64,000 bases of DNA from the human T2T-CHM13v2.0 reference genome, Homo sapiens: the NCBI RefSeq assembly GCF_009914755.1, contig NC_060935.1. One strand, 5' to 3'. Positions 28,923-43,908 of the stretch are shown here, one piece after another (position 1 is the stretch's first letter; every line of letters starts with the position of its first letter). A program made the position numbers and the translations under genes. The notes under the pieces were generated by a model. The model was not told the DNA's origin, did not search any database, and worked only from the letters and a program-made list of their open reading frames with translations.

Positions 28923-29871
28923 GATGGATTGGACTTAAACGTAAGACCTGAGACAATAAAATTTATTAGAAGAAAATATAGGGAAAACACTTCAGGAAAT
29001 TGGTCTAAGCAAAGAATTAATGACCAAGATGCCAAAAGCACATGAATAGACATTTCTCAGATGAAGACATACAAAGGCTAATGAGTATATGAAAAAATGT
29101 CAATTGGGACTGTATTAAACCAAAAAGCATCTGCCCAGCAAAGACCACAACAAAAAAAGTGAAGATGCAACCTGTTGCATGGAAGAAAATATTTGCAAAC
29201 TATTAGTCCAATACAAAACTAATATTCATAATTTATAAGGAACTCAATTAACTCAACAGTAATTTTTAAAAATCTCATTAAAAAGTAAAAAAATGGGCAA
29301 AGGACATGAATAGAAATTTCTCAGAAACAGACATACAAAGGCTAATGAGTATATGAAAAAGATGTCAAATGGGACTGTATTAAACCAAAAAGCATCTGCT
29401 CAGCAAAGAACAAAACCAAAAGAGTGAAGAGACAACCTGTTGCAGGGAAGAAAATATTTGCCAACTACTAATCCAACATAAAACTAATATTCATAATTTA
29501 TAAGAAACTCAACAACAATTTTTAAAAAATCTCACTAAAAAGTAAAAAGTGGGCGAAGGACATGAATAGACATTTATCATAAACAGACATACAAAGAGGA
29601 TAACGAGTATATGAAAAAATGTTCAACATTGTCAAGCATCATAAAACAAAACAAAACCACAGTGAGATAACATCTTTCTCTATCAGAATGGTTATTATTA
29701 AAAAGATGAAAAATAACAGACACTGACACGGATGCAGAGAAAAGGAAATGCTTTTACATTGTTGGTGGTAATGTAACTTAGTATAGTCACTACGGAGAAC
29801 GCATGGAGATTCCTCAAAAACTAAAAATTGAACTATTATACAATCTAGCAATCTCATTGCTAGTTGTTTGT

Positions 29872-30068
29872 GAAAGAAAGAAAAAGAGAGAAAGAGAAAG
29901 AACAAAAGAAAGAAGAAAGGAAGGAAGGAAGGACAGAGAGAAAGAAAGAAGAAAGAACTAATGAAGGAAAGAAGAGAAAGAAAGAAAGAAAGAGAAAGAA
30001 AAGAAAAGAAAAAAGAGAAAGAAAGAAGGAGGGAGAAAGAAAGAGGGAGGGAGGAAGGAAGGAAGGAA
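29872..30068 (+). repeat. Purine-rich (GAAA/GGAA) simple repeat
   Basis: About 200 bp that is almost entirely G and A. Confidence 0.95.
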
Positions 30069-33000
30069 TCAGTATTTCAAATAGTTACCTTCATTGCATG
30101 TTTGTTTCAGCACTATTCACAATAGGATAGATATGTAATTAACTTAAGTGTTCATCATCAGACTACTAGACAAAGAAAATGTGGTATATATACACAATGG
30201 AATCCTATGTAACCATAAAAAGTGAAATCATGCCATTCTGAGCAACATATATGGAACTGGAGGTCATTATATGAAGTGAAAATAGCCAGGCACAAAAACA
30301 AATATTGCAATGTTTTCACTTCTAGGTAGGATCTAAAAAAGTTGATCTCATGGAGATTTAAAAAAAAATAGAATAAAAAATACCAGAGGTTGGGAAAGGT
30401 GGTGAGTGGGAGAAGGCATGAAGAGAGAATGACTAATTTGAAAAAAATACAAACATTAGAACTTGTGTCTTCTAATGGCTGGGACCACAGTAGGGTGATT
30501 ACAGTTGGCAACAATATATTATATGTTTCTAAGTAGCTAAAAGAGGGGACTTGAAATGTTTCCAACTCATAGAAATGATAAACACTCAAGGTGATGGAAA
30601 CCTCAAATACTCTGACTTGCTCATTACACACATGATTAGGCAACAAATACTCATATGTAACCCATAAATACGTACAACATTACGTATCAATTTAAAAAAT
30701 TATTGGTCACAATTATGTCATACCCTGGTCCCAGCAATGAAGATACAGCGGGGAAGCTAAATAGTCTAGATCCCTTCCCTCTGGGAATTACAGTTTAATA
30801 GAGAAAAGAAGCATTTCCCAAATAAAGACATAGCCAACTAATGACTTATAACTGTGAGGTATCATTCATACTGTGATAGAATGAAATATATTATAAAATA
30901 AAAATACAAAGATTACTTTGAATACTCTAGATCCTTTAAATTTTTATATCTGTTTTAAGAGTTGTCCATTTTTATAAAAAGCAGTCTTGGATTGTGATTG
31001 GGATCGCATTGAATCCATAAATAAATTAAAACTAGTGAACCTCATGATCCAGAAAAAATGGCATGTTTCTCATTCTATTTCCATGTTACTTGGTTTCTTC
31101 TAAGCAGTGTTTTTCAGTGTGAAGGTCTTGCATGTAATGATGAATTTATTCCATGTTAACAGTTTTAAAAGTACCGTATTATATTTTTAAGTTAGTTTTC
31201 CAAATTTTGTGTTTTAATGTACAAATTGCTATTTATTTTCGTATATTTATCTTACATCTGTCACCTTAATAATTCACTCATAAGCTCTATTAGTATTTTG
31301 TGAATTCCAGAAGATTTTAATTTTGGCATCTGCAAATTTAGATATTTTTGCATTATCCTTCCTGATTTTTATATTTTAATCTTTTTTTTTTGCTTTATTG
31401 CAAAAAAGAAAACTCCTAGAACAATTCTGGGCTGCAACATTTAACTCCCACAGTGCAACAAAATTAAGTATGACTAGATATAGGCTTGTCATATTTTTGC
31501 ATTGTCTGTTTAAGAACATTTTCTTATATATCTAGTTGACAAATAACTTGTATTATAAATAGATTTTGATCATTATAAAATGTTTTCTGCATTTATCGAG
31601 CATCTGATTTTTAAAAATTCTGTTAGTATGGTGAATCACTGTGATTGATTTCTGAATGTTATAGAAACTTTGCATTCTTGGAATAAATAAAATTTTGCAA
31701 TGAAATATTCTTATGTAGTGGTGCAATCAGTTTGCTAATATACTTACAACATTTTGTTTCTGTGTTCATGAGGGAAATTTTAAATTTTATCTTACTTTGT
31801 TTAATTTATGTTTTTGGTAATAGCTAAACCTATTTTCTTCTCATATTTTCAGAAAGATACTTTTTTAGATTTGTTCTATTTCTTTCTTGTTTAATAGAAT
31901 TTCCTAATAAAACTATCTGAGCTTTAGGTTTTTTTATAGGAATGTTTTCATAATTGATTCAAATTTTAAATAGATGTAAGGACAATTTTTTCTGCTTCAT
32001 CTTGTGTCTGATTCAGTAAGTTGTACTTTTTAAGGATTTTTCTCCATTTAAGTTGTCAAATTTATTGGTTTTAAGTTGTAACTATTATTTCCTTATGATC
32101 GTTTTATTTTCCATACTATCTCTAATCATGATTCCTCTTTACACCTCTTGATATCAGTAGTCTGTTTTATTTTTCACTTTTTAATTTCTTCTCCCCTAAT
32201 CTAGCAAGGTGTTTATCAATACTGTTGATTTTTTTCACAGTACCAATTTTTGGACTTTGCTAATATTTTTACTGTTTTTTACTTTATTAATTTCTGTTTT
32301 ATCTTTGTTATTTTTTTCCTAATGCTTACATTTGGCATATTTTGATATTGTTTTTAAAATCTAAATGCAGAATTTTAGTTTATTGTGTATCTGTCTGTTC
32401 CAGCACAAGCATTTAAAGCTATACATTTCCTCAAATCATTGCTTTCACTGCATTCCACAGGTTTTGATATATTTTATATTCATTGTTTTCAGTTTAAAAT
32501 CTATAATTTTATTTGTAATTAATTAGTTGATTCATGATTTATTTGGAAATTTGTTGTTTATCAAATACAGGGAGGCTCTCTACATATGTTTGTAAATTTT
32601 AATTTAAATCTATTTAGATGAGAGAATATACTCTGCGTGATTTCAAAGATTTTACATTTAATATATTTTTTAAGGACCACTATATAATGTATATGTGAAC
32701 ATACTGTTTACATTTCAAAATAATATGTACTCTGGCGTTGCTGGGTAAATATAGAGCTGTATGATTATCATGTAGGTCAAGGTAGCTGGCTTTACTAATA
32801 TTTCATCAGATTATTTTAACAATTGTAGTGAAACAGTGTAAAATTCTATTATTGGTAAAATTTCTCTCCATATGAATTCCACATTTTTGCTTCATATTTC
32901 TTGAAACTCTTTTATTAGACCAAACAGTTTTTTGCTTTTTTTGTCACTGTGATTAATTGATCTTTTCAATTTTTGAGAAATGGCCATCTTTTTCTTTAGT

Positions 33001-33242
33001 AATACATTTTTTCTCAAAGTCTATATTATCTGATATTAATGTGCCACTCTATCATTTGATTATTGACCTTTGCATTGTAAAACATTTTCAAGCACATATT
33101 TTCAAATGACAATATTATTATTGTTATATTACACATCTTTTAGATAGCATTGAGGTTGACCTTTGCTTTTCTTTTAAACTTATGTTGACAAACTCTATCT
33201 TTAGGTGGAATGTTTTGTCCAGTGATATTTACTGTACTCAGT

Positions 33243-33956
<714 letters not shown>

Positions 33957-35361
33957 ATTAGATTAAGATTTACCATTTTATTACTGGTTTTCTTTTTTAC
34001 CCTTTAAAATTGTCCTTTTTTTGAACCTTAGATTATTCAAATAATTTCTAGAATTTAATATAATTTGTACATGGAGTATTTAGCTACAAGTTTTGGAAAA
34101 TTATTTACTGGTTTCTCTGGGAACATATATTTTATTAATATTTGCAGCTTATTTATAATGAATGTTCTATTATTTCATATAAAATTTGGAACTTTGCCTG
34201 TATATAGGCCTAGTTACAGTCATACCATGTTATAATTTTTATATGTAGCATATGTAATAATTATATTCCTTACAATTTTACAGCGTAATTTTTGCTTTAC
34301 TTCAAAATTCAAATGTATTTTTAAAGAAATTAAGATGGAAAATAGTATTTTATATTTACTCAGATTTTTATGTCACGCTCAATGTCTTTATTTCTTAATA
34401 ATTATGCTTAGCATTCCATTATTGGAACACAGTCTTCTGGTATCCATATTTTCTAATAAGCATTGGACATTCATTGGATTTGTTTCCCCTATATAACATG
34501 TCATCTTTTCTCGGTTGGATTTCAAAATATTCTTACTGTCTTATTTTCAGCAGTTTGACTATGGCATATATTATCCTTCTCATAATTTTCTGGTCTTTTA
34601 GAATGTGTAAACATCTACCTTTCTCCATATTGGGGAAATTTTGAGCTGCGATATCTTCAAACATATGTTATTATTTTCCAGTCTCTCTGATCTCTCCTTC
34701 TGGCACTCCAATTACAGATATGTGAGAACTTTTGATATTGTCTCACAGATCCCTGAGGTTCTATTCATTATTTTTAATCTTTTTATCTCCTGTAGAGAAA
34801 ATGGTGAGGCATTCTCAGTGGATGAAGCAGTTTGTAACAAATAAGGCACAGAAACACACAAATGAAGATTGCGTGTCAAGGGTACATAAAATAAATAAGC
34901 CTCTATGCCTAGTGCGTAGGCTGTATGAACTAGGCTTAGAGGCTTATTTATTTTAAATTAGAGTAACAGGAGTGGAAGCCAAAGAGGTGGGAAAGGACTG
35001 GGTCACTAATGGTCTTCATGCCAGAATAAAATTTTTATAAGAGTCACTGAATCATTACAGGCAGAGCATTTCCAAGTTCAATTATCTCGATCCAAGTCTA
35101 TTTCTTACTCTTTTGCTTCAGTATTCTCCAAAGCTCTTTTTGCCAGAGTCATTTTAATGTGTAAAAGTCTTTATAATTCTTGCTAACCTTTTGTATATAT
35201 GCTTGTTGATTCATAAAATGACACTGAAAACCATCATTTGCAACACTTCCAGATTATAGTTTCATAACTATCTTTACTACTTGGCATATATTGTTTTTGT
35301 TAAGTGAATTTCCCCCAAATTCCATGATGCCTAACTTAAAATACAGTATCCTTAAATATTA

Positions 35362-35681
<320 letters not shown>

Positions 35682-35714
35682 TAATATTAATTCAATTTTT
35701 AAAAATTTTCCATA

Positions 35715-36070
35715 TGTTTGGTCAATTTCTTTAGAAGCAGGTATTGAGTCAGTGAGTAAGGGATTTCGTGAAGGGGCGCTGTCAAAAGAAAGGGGATGAG
35801 GGAAGCAGGAGAGGGCAAGGAGCAGATTTAAGCAATATGGGACCTCAGCTAGTGTCTTATCCCATTGGCAACTCTTGAGCTTTACTTGCACCACAAGTTT
35901 GGCCATATCTTCAGATAAGGAGGTTGGAAATTTTACTTTATCATACTCAGTTATTGACTATGGGCTGCTAAAATGTCTGGAATAGGAAACGAATGTCAGC
36001 TGTGTACACTCACTGCATCTGCGAAGTGGATATACTCTTTTGCTAGTAGAAATCTAAGCTAGAAAACAAC
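35715..36070 (-). mobile_element. LTR33/LTR16-like ERVL LTR fragment
   Basis: TTCTTTAGAAGCAG...GAGGGAAGCAGGAGAGGGCAAGG resembles this family; heavily decayed. Confidence 0.45.
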
Positions 36071-36204
36071 CTGTGTCTTATACTCTCTAATATATCCTGA
36101 AAAGCAAATTACTGAAAATTATATAATAGCCTCATTTTATTATGTTACAATCTCTATTTTTATCAGATATATTCTTAGATTGAGAAAGTTCTTTTTTAAA
36201 AATA

Positions 36205-36700
36205 ATATTCCTGACCATATGATCCAGCAATAGCATGCCTTACTTGTTACCCAAATAAGTTGAAAAGAGACCATAAATGCATATTACTAAGTGAAATAAG
36301 ACAATTTGAAAGGATATATTCTGTATTATTCCAGCTACTGGCAAAACTATAGATATTAAAAGGATCAGTGTTTTCCAGAGGTTAAGGAAGAGGGAGAAAC
36401 GAACATTTGAACCACAGAAGATTTTTAGGGCACCTTAATGATAGATACACCACTAAGAGTGAATCCTAGTGCAAACTATGGGCATTGGCTGAAAATTATA
36501 TATAAATGTATTTTCATAGATTGTAACAATGGTACCACTCTGGTACCACTATGTTGATAGTTGGCAAAGCTGTGCATATGTGGTGGCAGGGAGTATTTGG
36601 GAAATATCTATATCTTCTACTCAATTTTAGTGTGAATAATCTAAAACTGCTCTAAAAATACAGTCTATTTAAAAGCAATAAATAAAAATAAATAAAAATC
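36205..36700 (+). mobile_element. L1MC/MD-type 3' fragment
   Basis: CCATATGATCCAGCAAT, ATGCATATTACTAAGTGAAA and CTAAAACTGCTCTAAAAATA, followed by an A tail. Confidence 0.8.
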
Positions 36701-37639
36701 AAAATTTTCCTAAGATAAAAATCAACTCTAGAATTTCTGTATAATAGTGCCACTTGCCAAAGTCAAATTCTTATCTCTGCATCTTTCTATTCTTTCATTG
36801 AAAACAAGTTTACGCTGACAAATATTATAAAACAAAACACATTTGCAGATAATATATCTGTAGATTAATACCAAAAAGTTATTTTTTCCATATGGTATGA
36901 CAAGCTCTAAACTTGTATTGATTCATTATGTGCTATACAAATCAGTTATGACAGATCTTCGATTTTATAGTTCCACTTGTGATTCCTACATTCCTATGGA
37001 AGACCTGGGGTTCTCCAAGACCTTGGATTTGATTTCAGTACAGCAATTCAGACAGGCAGTCTCAATTATGTTTGACTCAGATTTGAAACCTGTTTGACAT
37101 CTATGCATAAGTAGTGAATCATTTTAACATGATTTAATTTCCTAAAGCTACTGCTTCGAAAATAGTTTAGATCTACTTTGCTGGAAAGTCAGCCCACAAG
37201 GAAAAAAAAAAAAACCTAAAAATTTTAAAACAAAACAAAAATCCTATAAAAGTCTAATTATTTGGGTTCAACACAGATAAGGTATTGGTTGACAAATACA
37301 TAAATTATTATTTTAGTAAGTCAGGTACAACACATTCTAAAAGGAAAAAAAAAAGTTGGGCCTCAAATACACATTTTTCCCAACTTTAAATGTTGTCCTA
37401 GGCAAGTTTTAAATGTGGAAATAAAATAAGCTGTCAAAATGTTCTGCAGAGAATCAGGTTACTGATATTTACACCATATGTAAGTGATATTTATACCACC
37501 ATTTAACATTTACACCACGTTTTCCTGAAAGCAAGGAAACATGTCTGATTCAAGGGTACAATGAAGGAAGCAGTAAAGGGATACTCTAGTCATAATCCTG
37601 GAAGCAAAGGGGAGAAACACATATTCATCTGTGTAATTA

Positions 37640-37795
37640 TATTATCTGACATGTATTCCTGAACTTGTCTTATGGATAGATTTTCAGCTGTAATGTGGGG
37701 CCGATGATGATAGTTATCACACGGAGTTGTTGTGAGCATTACATGGGTGAGCAGGGTGCTTGATACATAATAAATACTTAATAAATGTAACGTGC
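37640..37795 (+). mobile_element. MIR fragment
   Basis: GAGTTGTTGTGAGCATTACATG...TAATAAATACTTAATAAATGT, the MIR core and 3' end. Confidence 0.65.
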
Positions 37796-39349
37796 TAAAC
37801 CTAAAGCCCAATATCCTTATCTCAGCTTATCAGAGATAACGAACTGATTTAATCCTTTTAGTGACTGTAATTCAATTACCTGTTCAGTCTACATTGCATT
37901 AGTTGTCAACTCTCTAATATAAACTCATATTCCTCCCGCAGAAAAATCTAGAGAGACAGATTACATGTCTTTGCCTACTGAGTCAACAATATGTGCTTTA
38001 TTTTACTCCACAGCATTTATGAACAGATATTTTATAATCTATAATATGGTTGTTATATATTTCTGATTTTCTAGATATTCTCAAATTTTAACAAGCTTCA
38101 GGGTTTTTTTGTCTTTTATGGAAAATTAAGAATTCTATAAATAAAATGTATATTTTTTCTAAGGCTATTTAACCAAATATACTCATAAAAATGTATTCAA
38201 CAATTTTCACAAATTAATTTACTACTGTGATATATTAGTGCAAGCAACACAGAGGAATTTTACTTTACCTAGCAAGTTAAAGATGCATGTAATTCTCCTC
38301 AACATTTATCATTGTTCTCATTAAAGCACCCAGGTATATCTTTAAGAAAAATGTTCCAAATTATAGTAGTCTAGGCTTAGTCTAATAGAATCAAAGTTGT
38401 TTGTTCAAGTATTAACATGTGATCTTAATTAAGACAGCTAGAGTTAAGTCTAGCAGTTCTGCTCAAAGTATTCAGATGGAAATGTTCTCATTTAACTGAA
38501 CGAAAAGATGGTAGGGTAAAAAGCTAGAACTAACAGAGACAAACACTGCTATTTTGTAGTTAGAGCTTTCCTAAGAATAAAACCAACATATAAAAGAGTA
38601 GTCAAGAGAAAGAGATTGTGTTCTAAGTGCATAATTTTAATCCTTTAAGCCAGTACTTCTTTCAAATAAATTAGCCCATAAATTTGTAGTTACATGGGCC
38701 AATGATATTTTTATTTCTTTAAGTCAAATTAAACTTGAATTCTGTCATTTGCCAGCAAAAGTTCTGACCAATATAAAGGCAAAATAAACACAGCTATCAT
38801 AATGCTTTTAAATTATTCTATGATGTTAACCTAAATGTATAATCCTCCTTAAAAGCTACATATGAATGATTTATTGAACCTTTATTATGCCAGGCATTCT
38901 TATATGGGTTAGCAATAAAAAGGTGAATAAAATAGTTTTTTTTAAATTATGGAAGGTCATTGCAAGTCATTACCATACCTGAATTTCATTTTTGAAAGGG
39001 ATGACTCACACTGCACTTAGATGAGATCAGAATTAGATATAAATATTTTGAATGACTATCTGTTTGTTGCATGTAGAAAATCTTAGTGAAGGAAAATAAT
39101 GGAAGTAGTTCGAACTAATGGTCAGACCGTGTTAAGTCACTCTGCTGATTCATCTATAGCATTTTATTAGTATATTATATTTATAATTAAATAACATTAT
39201 TAAATAATATTAATGACTTTTAATTTTAATAATTTAAGTACTTATTACTGATTTTAATTGGTTTACATCAATTTGGTGCTTTCCATGTCTTCACAATTCT
39301 GCTGTGCCTGCCTTTCATTCTTTTTTTTAAAGAAGTATGCTGTGATTTA

Positions 39350-40201
39350 CCTTTTACTTTATATTTATATTTAGTTTTTAATTGAGACATGATATTTGTA
39401 CATATGTATGGGGTACATGTGATATTTTGATACATGCGTAGACTGTGTAATGATCAAATCAGGGTATTTGCAGTGTCCATCAACTCAAGTATTTATCCTT
39501 TCTATTTGTTGGGAACATTTCAAGCCCTATCTTCTAGCTATTTTGAAACATATAATAATTGTTAATCATAGTCACCGTACTCGGCTACAGAACATTAGAA
39601 CATATTTATTCTATTTAACTGTATGTTGGTACTTATTAACCAACTTCTTTTTATCTGCCCCTCACACCTTATTCCTATCCTCTGGTATCAATCATTATAC
39701 CCTCTTCCTCAATGAGATTAACTATTCTAGTTCTCTTACAAATGAGTACATGCGATATTTGCCAGTCTGTGCCTGGCTTATTTCACTTAACATAATGCTC
39801 TTCAGTTTTATCTATGCTGCTGCAAATGATATAATTTTATTATTTTGGCCAGCTAGTATTACATTGTGTATGTATACAACATTTTTATCATCCATTCATT
39901 TGTTGATAGACAGTTAGGTTGATTTCATATCTTTGCTCCTGTGAGTAGTGCTGCAATAAACATGGAAGTGAAGGTTATCTTTTTTGACATACTGATGACT
40001 TTTCCTTGGATAAATTTCCAGTATAGAGGTTACTGTATCATGGGATAGTTCTACTTTTTGCTTTTTGAGAAATCTTCGCACTGTTGTCTATAGTGGCTGT
40101 ACTACACCGTGTTTCACTCACTTACCGTTTCTGTACATTAGGGAGCCAAACTGGGCTTAAGGCCAGTACTGGCTGTGCAGGCGACTTAACTTACTTCTCC
40201 C

Positions 40202-40232
<31 letters not shown>

Positions 40233-40380
40233 GAGGTGTTTCCAGTCACTTCTCTGTTGAATTTCAGTGTTTTTCTTAGATGGTCTATTCAAAGCATGAT
40301 TCTCTTCTTACTATTTTGGTTCTTCTTTGATGAGGAGAGGAGAACAGAAGCCTCAAGTCAGCCATCTTGAAGCCACTCCC
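39350..40380 (-). mobile_element. L1MA 3' end (39350-40103) joined to an L1M 5'-end-like segment (40104-40380)
   Basis: L1MA 3' UTR text GGGGTACATGTGATATTTTGATACATGC. The right part ends in GTCAGCCATCTTGA, the reverse complement of the CAAGATGGC L1 start motif. Confidence 0.7.
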
Positions 40381-41655
40381 ATCTTCTGTGTCTTTTACAT
40401 GGATATGCCATTTGTTTCATATCTTTTTAACCCATTTAACTGAGTTTACTTTATGGTAGTTTTTTTTTTTTTAACTTACAGTTCTCAGAAAATATTTTTA
40501 AGTGAATAAATAAATATCAAGGGAATTATGATATATTCAAGGTATCCTCACTATATATAAGGTTGTGATATATAGAACAAATAAAAATGTTTAAATGATT
40601 TAAAGAAGTTAAACATACCAGGAAGAAATATTGAGGAGGCTGCTAGAAATGTGAAGTTAGACCAAGAGGGTAGGTATAGTTCTAGATGTGGATTCATGAG
40701 TCATTTGCAGCGAAGTAATAAGGAAGTAGTGAAAAAGGCAAGAATCGCTTTGAGGCAGACACTGAGAAAAGTCAAGAAACACAGTAAGAGGCGAGAACTT
40801 TGGTCAAATTAAAAGTTCATCTTAGCGTATATATTCAGGTGCAGTGTTTAGTAAAGTTGATAAAATATCTTCTGTAAGTCAATACTGAATGCTAAAAATA
40901 CCTTTATTAATTCTTTGCATAAGAGATGTAAAAATAATGATAAATGCAAGATACATATTTATATCTCTTATTATGGATGAGAAAATGGAGGCTCAGAATG
41001 ATAAGTAATTTCCCCAAGGTTATAAAAGACAAAAGTAGAACTTCAATTCACATTGGGCAAATTCCAAATTATATCTTATGAAATTTTTTAACACTCATTT
41101 TCTATGGTATGATTTCATCTGTGAGTTGCTTTGTATTCCCATAAATGGAGGGCACACTATTAAAGTTTCCACGCATTTGTCAATGGCTCTGATAAGCCTT
41201 TCTGTAAAGACATCTATTTAATTTTGCCTGATGCAGTTTTCCCCAAATGTGCCTGCTCATGGACATTTTCTGAATAATATCTGCTGCACTACAACAAGCG
41301 ACTTCCAACAGTGGATAGCCTGCATTGACATCTTTAGGGAGTGAAATTTTCTATTCTGGCACAGATATTTCACAAGGGGGTCATTGTGGCCAGCTTTTTT
41401 TAATAGTAAGTATTCATTTTTTATATATAGAGAGAAAAATGAGGTCTCAAATAATGCTGAGCTATACTTACTTGAGAACTGACTTTTCTGAATAGGCAAA
41501 AACAGACTTAGCTAGGTCTTATATTCTGGCTGATGTAAAATAAAATGATTTAAAATGCGTGTCTCACCATCCCCAGCATTCATAAAAATACCAGCTTCTT
41601 TTCTTATTAGAGAAGTTAATTTGATAATTATATCAGTTTTCACAGTCTCAGTGAG

Positions 41656-43908
41656 TGATATGGTTTGACTGTGTCTCAATGCAAATCTCATCTTGAATTG
41701 TAGTTCCTGTAATCTCCATGGGATGTGGGAGGGACCAGGTGGAGATCATTGAATCCTGGGGGTGGATGCACCCATCCTGTTCTCCTGATAGAGGTCATTC
41801 TCATGAATGGATGTGTTTGCTTCCCCTTCTGCCATGATTGTAAGTTTCCTAATGCCTCCAATCCAAGCTGAACTGTGAGCTAATTAAACCTCTTTCCTTT
41901 ATAAATTACCCAGTCTCAGGTGTGTCTTTATTAGCAAGGTGAGAACAAACATCATAAATTGGTACCACAAAGAGTGGGGTGCTGCTGTAAAGATACCTGA
42001 AAATGTGGAAGGGACATTGGGTAATAGGCAGAGGTTGGAACCATTTATAGGACTCAGAAGAAAACAGGAAAACGTGGAAAGCTTGGAACTTCCTAGAGAC
42101 TTGGAGGGCTCAGAAGACAGAAAGATCTGGGAAAGTGTGGTACTTCCTAGAGACTTGTCGAATAGCTTTGACCAAAATGCTGATAGTAATATGGACAAAA
42201 AGTCCAGGCTAAGGTGGTCTCAGATGGAGATGAGGTACTTCTTGGGAACTGGAGTAAACATAGCTCTTGCTACACAAAGAGACTGATGGCATTTTGCCCC
42301 TGCCCTAGAGATCTGTGGAACTTTGAACTTCAAAGAGATGATTTGGGGCATCTGACGGAAGAAATTTCTAAGCAGCAAAGTGTCCAAGAGGAAGCAGAGC
42401 ATTAAAGTGTAGAAAATTTGCAGGCTTTCAATGTGATAGAAAAGAAAAACCCATTTTCTGGGGAGAAATTTAAGCCCACTGCAGAAATTGCGTAAGTAAT
42501 GAGGAGCCAAATGTTAATCACCAACACAATAGACAAAATGTCTCCCGAGCATGTCAGAGACCTCGAGGCAGCCCCTCCCATCACAGGCCCAGAGGCTAGG
42601 AGGGAAAACTTGTTTTCTCAGCACCCCAGGGCCCCCTTTGCTCTGTGCAGCCTCAGGACTTGGTGCTCTGCATCCCAGCTGCTTCTGCTCCAGCCCTGGC
42701 TAAAAGGGGCCAAGGTACAGCTCAGGCCGTTCTTCAAAGGTTGCAAGCCCAAAGCCTCTGCAGCTTCCATGTGGTGTTGGGCCTGTGGGTACACAGAAGT
42801 CAAGAATTGAGGTTGGGGAATCTATGCCTAGATTTCGGAGGATGTATGAAAATACCTGGATGTCCAGGCAAAGGTGTGCTGCAGGGGTAGAACCCTCCAG
42901 AAGAATCTCTGCTAGTGCAGCTCAGAAGGGAAATATGGGGTTGGAGCCTCCACACAGAGTCCCCACTGGGGCACTGCCTAGTAGATCTGTGAGAAGAGGG
43001 CCACTGTCCTCCAAACACCAGAATGGTAGATCCACCAACAGCTTGCACCTTGTACCTGTAAAAGCCTCAGACAGTGCCAGCCTGTGAAAGCAGCCAGGAA
43101 GGGGGGCTGTACCCTGCAAAGCCACAAGGTTGGAAGTGCCCAAGGCTGTAGGAGTCAACCTCTGGCATCAGCATGACATGAATGTGAGACATAAAGTCGA
43201 AGGAGATCATTTTGGAACTTTAAGGTTTAATAACTGCTCTACTGGATTTTGGACTTGCATGAGGCTTGTAGCCCCTTTGATTTGGACAATTTCTTCCATT
43301 TGCAATGGATGTATTTACCCAATGCCTGTACTGCCATTGTATCTAGGAAGTAACTAATGTGCTTTTGATTTTACAGGCTCATAAGTGGAAGGGATTTGCC
43401 TTGTCTCAAATGAGACTTTGGACTTGGACTTTTGAGTTAATGCTAGAATGAGTTAAGACTTTTGGGGACTGTTGGAAGGGCATGATTGCATTTTGAATTG
43501 TGAGGACATGAGATTTTGGAGGAGCCAGCGGCAGAAAAATATGGTTGGGTTGTGTCCCCACCCAAATATCATCTTGAATTGTAGTTTCCATAATCCCCAC
43601 GTGTCATGGGAGGGAATAATAGAGATAACTGAATCATGGGGTTGTTTTCCCCCATCCTGTTCTTTTGATAGTGAGTTCTCACATGATCTGATGGTTTTAT
43701 CAAGGTCTTCCCCCTTTGCTGGGCATGCGTATTTCTCCTTGCCACCGCCATGTGAAGAAGGATGTGTTTGCTTCTCCTTCTGCCATGGCTGTAAATTTCC
43801 TGAGGCCTACCAGTCATGCTGAACTGTGAGTCAATTAAACCTCTTTCCTTTATAAACTACCCAGTCTCAGGTATGTCTTTATTAGAAGCAAGAGAATGGA
43901 ACAATACA
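41656..43908 (+). mobile_element. Full-length THE1 (THE1C/D-like) MaLR element: LTR-int-LTR
   Basis: 5' LTR at about 41656-41953, internal region starting AAATTGGTACCA, 3' LTR at about 43537-43908. Exact 5-bp TSD GTGAG at 41651-41655 and 43909-43913. ORFs 41939-43357 are broken MaLR internal frames. Confidence 0.95.

Noticed and set aside
29040-29625. Repeat-spacer pattern as a CRISPR-like array
   Set aside because: The intervening blocks are copies of each other and all derive from L1 ORF2. The context is eukaryotic with no cas genes.
29864-30130. K/E/R-rich 88-aa ORF
   Set aside because: It is the translation of the GA-rich simple repeat.
30158-30646. 162-aa hydrophobic ORF (likewise 39450..39917 and 50640..50993) as membrane proteins
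   Set aside because: These are T-rich readings of L1 3' ends or an L2 remnant; the hydrophobicity reflects base composition.
41899-43822. Dense cluster of overlapping ORFs as an operon-like locus
   Set aside because: All lie within the GC-richer THE1 internal region and LTRs and are broken MaLR frames.
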